Both the position numbers and the translations under genes were made by a program. Below are positions 37,789 to 45,844 of a DNA stretch of 62,695 bases, in pieces. The notes below the pieces were generated by a model. That model did not search any database, was not told the origin of the DNA, and was given only the letters and a program-made list of their open reading frames with translations. Location of the stretch: NCBI GenBank assembly GCA_001772335.1, contig METM01000027.1:21776-84470 (forward strand), given 5' to 3'. Each line of letters starts with the position of its first letter. Positions within the stretch are counted from its first letter, which is position 1. Source of the DNA: a candidate division WOR-1 bacterium RIFCSPHIGHO2_01_FULL_53_15 (GTDB taxonomy: Bacteria; Margulisbacteria; WOR-1; O2-12-FULL-45-9; XYB2-FULL-48-7).

Positions 37789-38633
37789 ATTTCCCCTCCT
37801 TTTTTCTTTTTCCCCGGCGGATCAAAAAGCTCCCAGAGTTGCCGGGGATCATTTAATGAGATCAGCCATTTTCCGCTTCTCATGTTTTTTAATATTTCGA
37901 AGACAACTTTTTGCGGCCGCTTGGACCTGTCCCTCTCCCAGTAGAGCCGGCAGAGGTATTGCACCAGAGGGGCGCAGCTCGCTACCTCCCGGGAGAGCTC
38001 GGCGCCGTTTTCCGTTTCCAGCGCGTTGACGGTAATAATAACAGCGGCATTATATTCTTCGGCCAGCCGCTTGATCTCTTTAACTGCCTTTTGGAGAAGT
38101 CCGGAGCGAAGCGCGGCACGATCACCTTGTTCGGGATAGTATTCGTAGATATAATCGATAGAGTCAATTATCACCAGCCAGGCCGGGATCTTTCTGGCAT
38201 GTTTCTCAACAGGGTCCATCGCCCTGACCTTTTCGGCCGGTTCTTCGTAAGCATATTTCTGGAATAGCAGTTCCATCTCGCTTGGTCTGGCCTCATCTAT
38301 CTCCTCACAGGAAACGCCTTGCACCGGTTCGATATAAAGGGGCGCTTTGGCGCCCGCGCCTGACAGACGATTGGCGATATTTGCCGGCCTTGATGAGGTC
38401 AAATAGAGCGTTTTGATGTTATTTTTGACCGCGCAAAACAGGGCGGCAGAGACGCAGAAGGCGGTTTTACCGGCCGCGTGCGGAGCAGAAACCGCCATAA
38501 TCTCCCCCGGCTCCATGCCGCCGCTCGCCTGGCTAATTAAACGCGCTCCGGTAAATATCGACTCTTTCTTACGCGCTTTTTCGATCTTTTCGGCAGCCAG
38601 TATCTCTTTTATTTTCATAGCGGGCGCCTCCAT
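37779..38633 (-). CDS. RecA-fold ATPase resembling the DnaB helicase C-terminal domain
   Basis: GGMEPGEIMAVSAPHAAGKTAFCVSAAL (Walker A) and VIIDSIDYI (Walker B-like). There is no DnaB N-terminal domain. Confidence 0.55.
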   Translation of the reverse strand: MEAPAMKIKEILAAEKIEKARKKESIFTGARLISQASGGMEPGEIMAVSAPHAAGKTAFCVSAALFCAVKNNIKTLYLTSSRPANIANRLSGAGAKAPLYIEPVQGVSCEEIDEARPSEMELLFQKYAYEEPAEKVRAMDPVEKHARKIPAWLVIIDSIDYIYEYYPEQGDRAALRSGLLQKAVKEIKRLAEEYNAAVIITVNALETENGAELSREVASCAPLVQYLCRLYWERDRSKRPQKVVFEILKNMRSGKWLISLNDPRQLWELFDPPGKKKKGGEICR

Positions 38634-38639
38634 ATGCTA

Positions 38640-38665
38640 TTTATACCATGGGCGGTATGACATTA
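38640..38665 (-). promoter_or_regulatory. conserved promoter-like element P3 (leaderless layout)
   Basis: Minus strand: TAATGTCATACC-GCCCATGG-TATAAA, then 6 nt before the ATG at 38633. Confidence 0.6.
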
Positions 38666-38671
38666 ATTGTC

Positions 38672-39418
38672 TTAGCGGTTCAAGATAGTTTTTGCCAGAG
38701 CAAGAGTGGGTTTTTTACCGGCGAGGGAAGCGTAGGCGGCGACCCTGATCAGGGCGCCCTCAAGCGCCCTGATGTTTGTAGTAATCCTTTTTACCAGATA
38801 AGCAAGCACTGCGGCGGGGACTTTATAATTTCCCAGTTTTGCTTTATTTTTTAAGATAGCAAGCCGCGTCTTAATTTCCGGCTGTTTGATCTTAACAATA
38901 GTCCCATGCTTAATAACCGGCAACTGGCACAACTTTTGGCTAAATATCGTGCCAGGCGGCCGGTCGCTCGTGATCACTATCTGTTTGCCCAATTTATACA
39001 ATTCGCTCAAAATGCCGATCAGCTCGCCCGCAGTCCGCTCCTTATGCCGCACAAATTGAAGATCGTCCAAAAGGAAGATGTCAGGGGCGCAATACTTCTT
39101 TCGGAAGCTATTATATTTGCCCAGCCGGAAAGCTTTAACAAGATCGCTGACGAATCTTTCCGTTGACACATAAGCGACTTTGCGCGGCGGCCTCTTATTT
39201 AAAATATAATTACCGATGGCCCACATTAAATGCGTTCTCCCCAACCCTTCCCCTCCGGTAATAAATAACGGGTTGTGCCGCTTCTCCAGCCCCCTGGCGA
39301 CATCAAGCGCCGCTTTAAAAGTGACGCGATTGGACGCGCCAACAACAAACGAGCTAAAAGCATATCTTTTGTAACGCCCATCCTTTTTCAGGTAAATACT
39401 ATTATCAAAGCTTTTCAC
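38672..39418 (-). CDS. DnaA domain-III-only (Hda-like) AAA+ protein with Walker-A Lys replaced by Arg
   Basis: FSSFVVGASN..A...A, NPLFITGGEGLGRTHL, LLDDLQF, ITSDRPP and the box VII/VIII-like NIRALEGALIRV. It ends where DnaA domain IV would begin. Confidence 0.7.
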   Translation of the reverse strand: MKSFDNSIYLKKDGRYKRYAFSSFVVGASNRVTFKAALDVARGLEKRHNPLFITGGEGLGRTHLMWAIGNYILNKRPPRKVAYVSTERFVSDLVKAFRLGKYNSFRKKYCAPDIFLLDDLQFVRHKERTAGELIGILSELYKLGKQIVITSDRPPGTIFSQKLCQLPVIKHGTIVKIKQPEIKTRLAILKNKAKLGNYKVPAAVLAYLVKRITTNIRALEGALIRVAAYASLAGKKPTLALAKTILNR

Positions 39419-39442
39419 GATCGCCTCATTTTCTTGCCCGCA

Positions 39443-39655
39443 TCAGTTTTTAGCTTTTATCTGCGCGATGAGCTCTCTTGCCTCACCTACGCGCTGCTTG
39501 TTATCCAGATACGCATTTCTCATCGTCTTCGCCAGACCAATCAAACCGTTTAAGCTCTCGCTCATGGATCTGTCCAGGGCATCGATATTGTTATCGATCC
39601 GGGAAAGATTTTCCAACAGAATCTCTGTCCGGTCATTTCCTCGCTTTTTTCGCAT
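39443..39655 (-). CDS. small coiled-coil hypothetical protein
   Basis: 70-aa ORF downstream of element P4. Confidence 0.35.
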   Translation of the reverse strand: MRKKRGNDRTEILLENLSRIDNNIDALDRSMSESLNGLIGLAKTMRNAYLDNKQRVGEARELIAQIKAKN

Positions 39656-39779
39656 GGCACACCCCCTCCACCCTATATAAACGTTTTATTTTTCCAAAAA
39701 ACTAAACTGGCGCCACTTTTTCGCGGCTTTATGCTTAATTTATTTTTCAAACTGGCGGCATCAGAATAATATATACCAT

Positions 39780-39805
39780 GGGCGGTGTGACATTAATGGG
39801 CAGGG
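39780..39805 (-). promoter_or_regulatory. conserved promoter-like element P4
   Basis: Minus strand: TAATGTCACACC-GCCCATGG-TATATA. It shares a 27-nt block (26/27 identical) with P3. Confidence 0.55.
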
Positions 39806-39815
39806 GATGCGGTAT

Positions 39816-40628
39816 TTATTTCTTTATTTTATCGCCAAGCCACTGGAGATCTTTATCGCTCCACCAGCGGCAAGCAAAATGGGGAACGACAAATATACGC
39901 GGCCTTAGAGCAGCGAAGCTAAGCATCGTGCAACCCTTACCGTTATGTTTATTGATCCTAATTTCCTGGCATTCATTTTCTTTCCCTTCGGCAAACACAG
40001 AAATATATTCTTTGGTATGCAATCTGCCAAAGCACAACACAAAATCAATATGCTCCCTGTTCTTATCGAACATCTCCTTCAACCGCCCAAATCTATTACT
40101 TTTGCACCATTTGTAATATTCTTCCTTGTCTTTCATGCCGGTTACTGTTTTTTCGGCCTCGCTAAAAGTAGTTGTTGTTTTTGGAAAATCAAGGGGATAT
40201 AGATTTACCTGAAAAGTATCCCCATTTTGGCATTTAGCGGTAAATAATTTTTTGGAAATATATTCCTGCCAATACTCTTTCCAGTTATTGCTATTTTCTA
40301 TCTGAGCAATCACCTTTGCCATTTTTTGGCATGTCCGCCAGCTTGTATATTTACCGTTGCGTTCGTCATTATATTTCAATTTGAAGTTATCATCCCATTC
40401 CATAGGCACTTGATCACGACTGAATCTTTCGTTTTCACTCCGGATTTGATCGACTAATCCTTTGTGCCTGTTATCCTTTGTCTTTTCATCAACTTTTCTG
40501 CCGTATTCAACACCGCTAAACCAATATTTGCCCCCGGGATTGCCCACCATGCCGGAATAGCTTAACGCCCATTCCTCAAATTCATTATTTACATGATATT
40601 CATGAGAATTTGTGTCATCATTATTCAT
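39816..40628 (-). CDS. hypothetical protein
   Basis: 270-aa ORF whose ATG overlaps the stop of the HEAT-like gene (ATGA). No motif recognised. Confidence 0.45.
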   Translation of the reverse strand: MNNDDTNSHEYHVNNEFEEWALSYSGMVGNPGGKYWFSGVEYGRKVDEKTKDNRHKGLVDQIRSENERFSRDQVPMEWDDNFKLKYNDERNGKYTSWRTCQKMAKVIAQIENSNNWKEYWQEYISKKLFTAKCQNGDTFQVNLYPLDFPKTTTTFSEAEKTVTGMKDKEEYYKWCKSNRFGRLKEMFDKNREHIDFVLCFGRLHTKEYISVFAEGKENECQEIRINKHNGKGCTMLSFAALRPRIFVVPHFACRWWSDKDLQWLGDKIKK

Positions 40629-40870
40629 TGATTTTTTTCTCCTTGCTTAAATTGTATCATACCAGCCGCCTCCCTCACCAGATAATGCTCATCAAGAGCC
40701 AGGCGGCGTAAAACCTTAAGCGGGCATTTCTTATGCTTCGCCACTTTTTTTCGCACCGGAAAGAACTCGTCGCGACTAAGCCGAGCTAAGATGCCGGCGG
40801 TTGCGGACGGATTGGCGGCGGCCGCTTCCCTGACCGGCCATGACTCATCACGGGAAAAGCGCTCTAACAT
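40625..40870 (-). CDS. HEAT/leucine-rich-variant-like repeat protein
   Basis: Repeated D(E)..PVR..AA motifs (DESWPVREAAA, DEFFPVRKKVA, DEHYLVREAA). Confidence 0.45.
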   Translation of the reverse strand: MLERFSRDESWPVREAAAANPSATAGILARLSRDEFFPVRKKVAKHKKCPLKVLRRLALDEHYLVREAAGMIQFKQGEKNQ

Positions 40871-41034
40871 ATCCAGCGGGATCCGCCTGTCCCTGATCGC
40901 TTGAGCCCTTTGGCTTTGGCCCAGGCCTTTGTCCGCTGCGTCTTCCCCTGACCTGTACCACCCCAGAGAAACGGCGTCACGTATATCCCCTCGCTATTTT
41001 TCTGCCATAAGACATCCAGCGCTTTTTCGATCAT
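40864..41034 (-). CDS. 56-aa P-loop fragment (not in the ORF track; possible frameshifted N-terminus of the HEAT-like gene)
   Basis: GGAGG-N7-ATG, then MIEKALDVLWQKNSEGIYVTPFLWGGTGQGKTQ..., i.e. beta-strand plus Walker A, terminating 56 codons in. The HEAT frame is open across its 3' half. Confidence 0.3.
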   Translation of the reverse strand: MIEKALDVLWQKNSEGIYVTPFLWGGTGQGKTQRTKAWAKAKGLKRSGTGGSRWIC

Positions 41035-41118
41035 GTTGATTGCCTCCGGAAGTTATTATAAATGAGCCACCCTGACAGAAAGTGGCAGGGGGTTGTGGTA
41101 TAATAAATATCAAGCAAC

Positions 41119-41826
41119 ATGATCGAAGCTGAGCTTAGCCACAAAATAGATAACCGCTCCGAAGACGTATTAACCTCTACGGTTTTTGGCCTATTAAAGT
41201 ATTCTTTTGCTAAAGATCTATTGATCTCTTTCTTAGGCAAAGCCCAATCTGTTTCCGACCCCAGCTCATATTTTTCACATTTGATCGGGGATCACCTTTT
41301 ATTTGCCGGTGATTATAGATTCGTCTTTTGGAAATATTTTGATCGTTATGGCGAACCGGACCTAATAATCGAAGGGCCCGATTATGTCATTATAATCGAA
41401 GTTAAATATTTATCCGGGCTGTCGGGCGAATTGCAGCTGGAAAATTATCATAATTTAATGGAGAATAAATATAAGAAGAAAGCCAATAAATATTTGATTT
41501 TCTTAACCGCGGACTTATCCATACCCGGGTTACCCGCCTCAACAATAAATTTACTTAAAGACAAGAATTTTTTCTGGCTATCATGGTATGAACTAAACAA
41601 AGCGATATTATCTATTTCTATGACTTGCGGAGGCACATTAAAAGAGATATCGGCTGATCTGCTTAGATTGCTGAAAGAAAGCAGAAATATCGTAGAATTT
41701 GAAGGATTCAGCAAATATAATATTATGCCTAGGCAGAACTATCTTTTCTGGAAACAGAGGGAAAGTATTTTCAGCCAATATCGTAAAGCTGAATTGCCAG
41801 ACCCAATATTTTTTAAGGGGGAGTAA
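41119..41826 (+). CDS. PD-(D/E)xK-like nuclease-fold protein
   Basis: GEPDLIIEG.DYVIIIEVKY gives a D...(E)VK core. Preceded by TGTGGTATAAT (extended -10). Confidence 0.45.
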   Translation: MIEAELSHKIDNRSEDVLTSTVFGLLKYSFAKDLLISFLGKAQSVSDPSSYFSHLIGDHLLFAGDYRFVFWKYFDRYGEPDLIIEGPDYVIIIEVKYLSGLSGELQLENYHNLMENKYKKKANKYLIFLTADLSIPGLPASTINLLKDKNFFWLSWYELNKAILSISMTCGGTLKEISADLLRLLKESRNIVEFEGFSKYNIMPRQNYLFWKQRESIFSQYRKAELPDPIFFKGE

Positions 41827-41830
41827 TTAT

Positions 41831-42418
41831 ATGGATGACAAAGGCAATAATGTGATTGATTTAATCAGGCAGATGGAAAAACTATATATTGAGATCTCAA
41901 GGCTGATTAAATGTTTTGATAAAAATATCCAAAAGAGAGGATATCTCCTCCCTTCAAGCTCCTCATCTGTAATAAAAGATATTTCACAATCATTAAATGC
42001 GCCAGAAAATTGGCTCCCAATGTGGTTATATCGCAACTACCAAAACAACGCCAACAAAGAAGTATTATCCTTGAATATCGCCCTAGATTATCCTGAGTTC
42101 CCTGAAAGGATAAATGAGCCATTAGTCCTTGTCGCGAAATTTAGCGGTAAAAAAGTTGATCTTGATCATGCGTGGTATCCATGGGATATATATTTTCATT
42201 TCAGGCCATTAACAAAGCGGTACAATAAAATATACCTGCTTAAGGATTTTAACCTTAATGATAATGATACTTTGGAAGAGTTATCCGACTGGTCAAAGGA
42301 AGAAAAAGAAAATCTGACAAATCACTTTAAAGCCATTAGTTTTATTGCCGCACCCCTGATGGAGATGAGCGATGAAAAGAACATTATCAAATTCATTGAT
42401 CCCATTTTTAATCAATAA
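41831..42418 (+). CDS. hypothetical protein
   Basis: The internal ATG 41831 lies directly after the upstream stop. 195 aa, no motif recognised. Confidence 0.45.
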   Translation: MDDKGNNVIDLIRQMEKLYIEISRLIKCFDKNIQKRGYLLPSSSSSVIKDISQSLNAPENWLPMWLYRNYQNNANKEVLSLNIALDYPEFPERINEPLVLVAKFSGKKVDLDHAWYPWDIYFHFRPLTKRYNKIYLLKDFNLNDNDTLEELSDWSKEEKENLTNHFKAISFIAAPLMEMSDEKNIIKFIDPIFNQ

Positions 42419-42426
42419 TATTTAAT

Positions 42427-43410
42427 ATGGAACGCCACATACTATTCAGGATTTATGATATCGACCGGATGCTCAAGCGGAAAGAATATCCGAACTGCAC
42501 AAAGCTAAAAGAATATTTCCTTGAACATCACGGCTTAACCCTCTCGATCCGGACGATCATGCGCGACATTGACACTATGCGGCTTGACCTCGGCGCTCCT
42601 ATCGAGTATGACCGCGAAAAGAACGGCTATTACTATGAAAATGAGAGTTTCTCGCTCCCGGCCGTCCGCCTGACCGAAGGGGAACTGATCTCGATCTTCC
42701 TGGCCGAAGAGATCTTGAAGAAATATAAAAATACCCCGTTTGAAGCGACGATCAAGCGCGCGTTTGAGAAAGTCGAATTGCTCCTGCCACAGAGCGTCTC
42801 GATCGATTTCAATGAGATCGGCCAGGCCTACTCTTTTGATATCCGGCAGACCCGCCCCCTGGACAAGCAGTCGGCCAAGGTTTTTGACACGCTGGCCAAG
42901 GCGATCGGAGATAAAATGAGTGTGGAGATCAACTATTACGCCATCAGCCGCAACGCGACGCAAAAACGGGTCATCGATCCTTATCACCTGCGCCATACCC
43001 AGGGCGCCTGGTATTTGGTCGGTTATTGCCATCTCAGGAAAGAGGTGCGGACATTCGCGGTCAACCAGATCAGATCTATAAAAACGTTGAAAGAGCCTTT
43101 CACCGTCCGGGCGGACTTCTCGCCGGAAAAATTCTTTGAGCACTCCTGGGGGATATCGGAAGGTGGGCCTTTGACAAAAGTCGTGGTTAAAATCGACAAA
43201 GAGATCGCTCGCTGGTTTGAAGACCGCAAGCTCCACTCCAGCCAGCAAACCAAAGAAAACAAAGACGGCTCCCTCACCCTAACCTTCCGCGTCGCCGGGA
43301 CGAATGAGATCAAGCGGTGGATATTGAGCCAGGGAAGATATGCTAAAGTGGTGGAGCCGAAAGAATTGGAGCAGGAAATTAGGAGAGAGGTAATGGAGAT
43401 TTTGAAATAG
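42427..43410 (+). CDS. WYL-domain transcriptional regulator (wHTH-WYL-WCX architecture)
   Basis: N-terminal HTH region, then RVIDPYHLRHTQGAWYLVGYCHLRKEVRTFAVNQIRSI, the classic WYL core, and a C-terminal extension. Confidence 0.85.
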   Translation: MERHILFRIYDIDRMLKRKEYPNCTKLKEYFLEHHGLTLSIRTIMRDIDTMRLDLGAPIEYDREKNGYYYENESFSLPAVRLTEGELISIFLAEEILKKYKNTPFEATIKRAFEKVELLLPQSVSIDFNEIGQAYSFDIRQTRPLDKQSAKVFDTLAKAIGDKMSVEINYYAISRNATQKRVIDPYHLRHTQGAWYLVGYCHLRKEVRTFAVNQIRSIKTLKEPFTVRADFSPEKFFEHSWGISEGGPLTKVVVKIDKEIARWFEDRKLHSSQQTKENKDGSLTLTFRVAGTNEIKRWILSQGRYAKVVEPKELEQEIRREVMEILK

Positions 43411-43428
43411 GGAGGGGATGATTTAATT

Positions 43429-44250
43429 ATGTTGGAAAAATATTGGTATCCCAAAATTCAGAAGTATTTAGAAAACGAAGGCTATGTTTGTCATGGGTTT
43501 TACAAAAATGGGAAGAAGCTCGATTTTATTGATACGGGGATAGGCAATGCTCGCATTGATGTTCTGGGCATAAAAAGGGCATCTTTAATCGCATCAAATT
43601 TTCAACTCGAAACAATTGGAGTTGAAGTAAAACATATCGGTAAAATTACCATTAAAAATATAAGACAAGCCGCAAGTTATGCTCACCTTTGCACAAGATG
43701 CTATTTGGCGGCTCCAGTAGAAAGATTCTCCGAAAATGATAAGAAAAATGCAGCTCAAGCAGGGGTTGGATTAATCCGCTTAAAAAGAAAAAGAGTTGAT
43801 GTTATTGTTGAATCTAATAAGTTTCAACCAGACATCGATTTAATAAATCAGTTTCTATGGTTCTTAAATGTGGTTTTTTGCCCAATATGCAGAACATATA
43901 AGCATCGCTACGACCCAAAGGAACTTAAATATAATGGTGGATCTTGGAGAAATGATATATTTTCAAAAAAGAATAAATGGATATATATTTGCAACGAATG
44001 CAATATTAAGCTTTCAAAGAATACCAGACAATATCTAATGGCCCGGGAACTGGAACAGATTAGAAATCGATTTGAGGGAATTGAACAAAAACTTGCTAAA
44101 ACAAAAAGACATGTAGATAAAATAGACAACTATTATTACCATAAATATTTGAAGCTGAAGGGCAAAGGAGAGCGAAGCATCAAAAGGCTTGACAATTACT
44201 ATTATTCAAAGCATGCAAATCTAAACAGGGCATTGAAGAAGATTAAATAA
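43429..44250 (+). CDS. PD-(D/E)xK-like domain + Cys4 zinc ribbon + coiled-coil protein
   Basis: ARIDVLGI ... IGVEVKH core, CPICRTY...CNECN ribbon, and a C-terminal repeat (DNYYY.KY/H). Confidence 0.45.
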   Translation: MLEKYWYPKIQKYLENEGYVCHGFYKNGKKLDFIDTGIGNARIDVLGIKRASLIASNFQLETIGVEVKHIGKITIKNIRQAASYAHLCTRCYLAAPVERFSENDKKNAAQAGVGLIRLKRKRVDVIVESNKFQPDIDLINQFLWFLNVVFCPICRTYKHRYDPKELKYNGGSWRNDIFSKKNKWIYICNECNIKLSKNTRQYLMARELEQIRNRFEGIEQKLAKTKRHVDKIDNYYYHKYLKLKGKGERSIKRLDNYYYSKHANLNRALKKIK

Positions 44251-44299
44251 TTTAACATCCCCCCGTCCCGAGTGGCAGATTGACAAAGAAGGGATAATC

Positions 44300-44818
44300 A
44301 TGAAAGAACATGAAGTAATAGCAAAGACTTTAGTTTACTTAATAAAAAAAGAACAAGCAGAGATTAATTCAGTCGCGACCCCTAAAAAACATGAAAAATA
44401 CATTAAAAAAGCCATCAATAATGCCGGTCTGACAAAAAATCAAATAAATTTGATAACTTTTAAACAGGTAGGGGCGGATATAATTGCTGTTCTAAAATTT
44501 AAATCCGGACGACCACAAAAACGCATACAAATCGAAGCAAAAGGCGGAAATGTATATTACGGCATCTATACAGCATTGGGTCAGTTCATCTGTTTAAAAG
44601 AATCGCCTAGCACATATCATTGGTTTGCGTTCGCTTTCCCACTTCGTTGGCGAGAGAAAATAAGGAAATGGCTTTTAACTCCCAAGGAAAGGATAAAACC
44701 GGTAATTCGAGATATTATAAATCTATACACCAAAAACGGACAAGGCTTATGGTTTTATTTTATAAATGAAAAAACAGGGAAAGCAATAAAAGAAACATGG
44801 GAAACGACCTTGCGATAA
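44300..44818 (+). CDS. PD-(D/E)xK-like nuclease-fold protein
   Basis: GADIIAV ... RIQIEAKGG core. Confidence 0.4.
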   Translation: MKEHEVIAKTLVYLIKKEQAEINSVATPKKHEKYIKKAINNAGLTKNQINLITFKQVGADIIAVLKFKSGRPQKRIQIEAKGGNVYYGIYTALGQFICLKESPSTYHWFAFAFPLRWREKIRKWLLTPKERIKPVIRDIINLYTKNGQGLWFYFINEKTGKAIKETWETTLR

Positions 44819-44915
44819 CGAAGAAACCATGGAATGGCCAAATTGAATAACTCATAAAAAAATAATATCATAACCTTTTTTGTGTATTTGGCAAAAAGCC
44901 CCCACCCCTGTCCCG

Positions 44916-44941
44916 TAGTGTCATACCCCTCGTGCCATAAT
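44916..44941 (+). promoter_or_regulatory. conserved promoter-like element P5
   Basis: TAGTGTCATACC-CCTCGTGC-CATAAT, 10 nt before the ATG at 44952. Confidence 0.6.
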
Positions 44942-44951
44942 TACCGGTAGA

Positions 44952-45395
44952 ATGCCGTTTAAAACTTTAACCGATCTATATTTTGACAACAAAATTCAGG
45001 TCATCCCGCCCCGGGCGCTGACTTTCTTCGGCTACCTTAATGAGCTTGAAAAGACGCTGAAGACACCGGGGCTGATCGATCTGGATGAGGCCGACTTAAT
45101 GACCATCCTGTTCGGCGCCAGCCGGGCGGCTATTGTTGTGATCGAGTCCCCGCTTAAAGAGATAACCGGAAAATTGCGCCGCACTCTGCGGCAGGTCAAA
45201 GCCAAAAAAGCGGACGGCGCAATCTTCCATGTCATCGGCGATGAAAACATGACGCTATCAGATGTCAACGATGTCGCTGAAACAATTTATACCGTTCTCA
45301 ATGACAAGGCCAATATTATTTTTGGCGCGGCGATCGATGAAGAGATGAAAAGAACCGTCAGGGTGCTGATAATTCTGGTCAATCGGGATGAATGA
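44952..45395 (+). CDS. FtsZ C-terminal-domain-only homologue (T7-loop region onward; no GTP-binding domain)
   Basis: TPGLIDLDEADLMTIL parallels FtsZ TPGLINLDFADVKTIM. MTLSDVNDVAETIYTVLNDKANIIFGAAIDEEMKRTVRVLIILV parallels FtsZ LSLYEVQEAADIV...NMIFGSVINENLKDEIVVTVIATG. Confidence 0.7.
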   Translation: MPFKTLTDLYFDNKIQVIPPRALTFFGYLNELEKTLKTPGLIDLDEADLMTILFGASRAAIVVIESPLKEITGKLRRTLRQVKAKKADGAIFHVIGDENMTLSDVNDVAETIYTVLNDKANIIFGAAIDEEMKRTVRVLIILVNRDE

Positions 45396-45509
45396 AATTA
45401 AACAATGAACCCGAGGAGGTATGCGGATGAGGATGAACCAAGAAGTTTCCGTGAAGATGTCAGAGAAGAAACGAAAGCAGTTGCCCGCGGGTAGTCATGC
45501 CTGGCCTCG

Positions 45510-45535
45510 TAGTGTCATACCCCTCCTGCCATAAT
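45510..45535 (+). promoter_or_regulatory. conserved promoter-like element P6
   Basis: TAGTGTCATACC-CCTCCTGC-CATAAT, 12 nt before the ATG at 45548. Confidence 0.6.
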
Positions 45536-45547
45536 TACCGGCATAAT

Positions 45548-45835
45548 ATGTTGACTTTCCTTAAACAATTATTCTGCAAGCATAAATGGGCGGCGCGCAA
45601 AGACATGCCCGTCGCGGCCTTGATCAGATCACGGGGTAGAACAAAGAGGTGCAGTAAATGTCAAAAAGAGTGGACCGACCCGTCGCTTAGGGGCATCCCC
45701 ATAAGTTTATCCTACCGAATAGTCGAATTCTGGGAAATAATGTATTGGGACCGGAAAATACTTCGCTTAAGCATGAGCGACGCTTACAAAGCATCGAAAA
45801 AGCTGAACGCGCTCACTTTACAGGAAAGGAGCTGA
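45548..45835 (+). CDS. small hypothetical protein (Cys/Lys-rich)
   Basis: The internal ATG immediately after element P6 (MLTFLKQLFCKHKW...CSKCQKEW) gives 95 aa. Confidence 0.35.
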   Translation: MLTFLKQLFCKHKWAARKDMPVAALIRSRGRTKRCSKCQKEWTDPSLRGIPISLSYRIVEFWEIMYWDRKILRLSMSDAYKASKKLNALTLQERS

Positions 45836-45844
45836 TCTGCCCCA

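Noticed and set aside
41031-41240. The 69-aa minus-strand ORF spanning the 41.0-41.2 kb promoter region.
   Set aside because: It overlaps both the better-supported P-loop fragment start and the plus-strand nuclease-like gene. It has no ribosome-binding site and an implausible composition.
44262-44299. A possible eighth copy of the island promoter element upstream of 44300 (CCCCGTCCCGAGTGGCAGATTGACAAAGAAGGGATAAT), and a variant at 41076-41100 (AAGTGGCAGGGGGTTGTGGTATAAT).
   Set aside because: Both share only the AGTGGCAG-like start. The 12+8+6 spacing is not kept (11 and 7 nt spacers) and the TGTCAY core is missing. They are too divergent to count.
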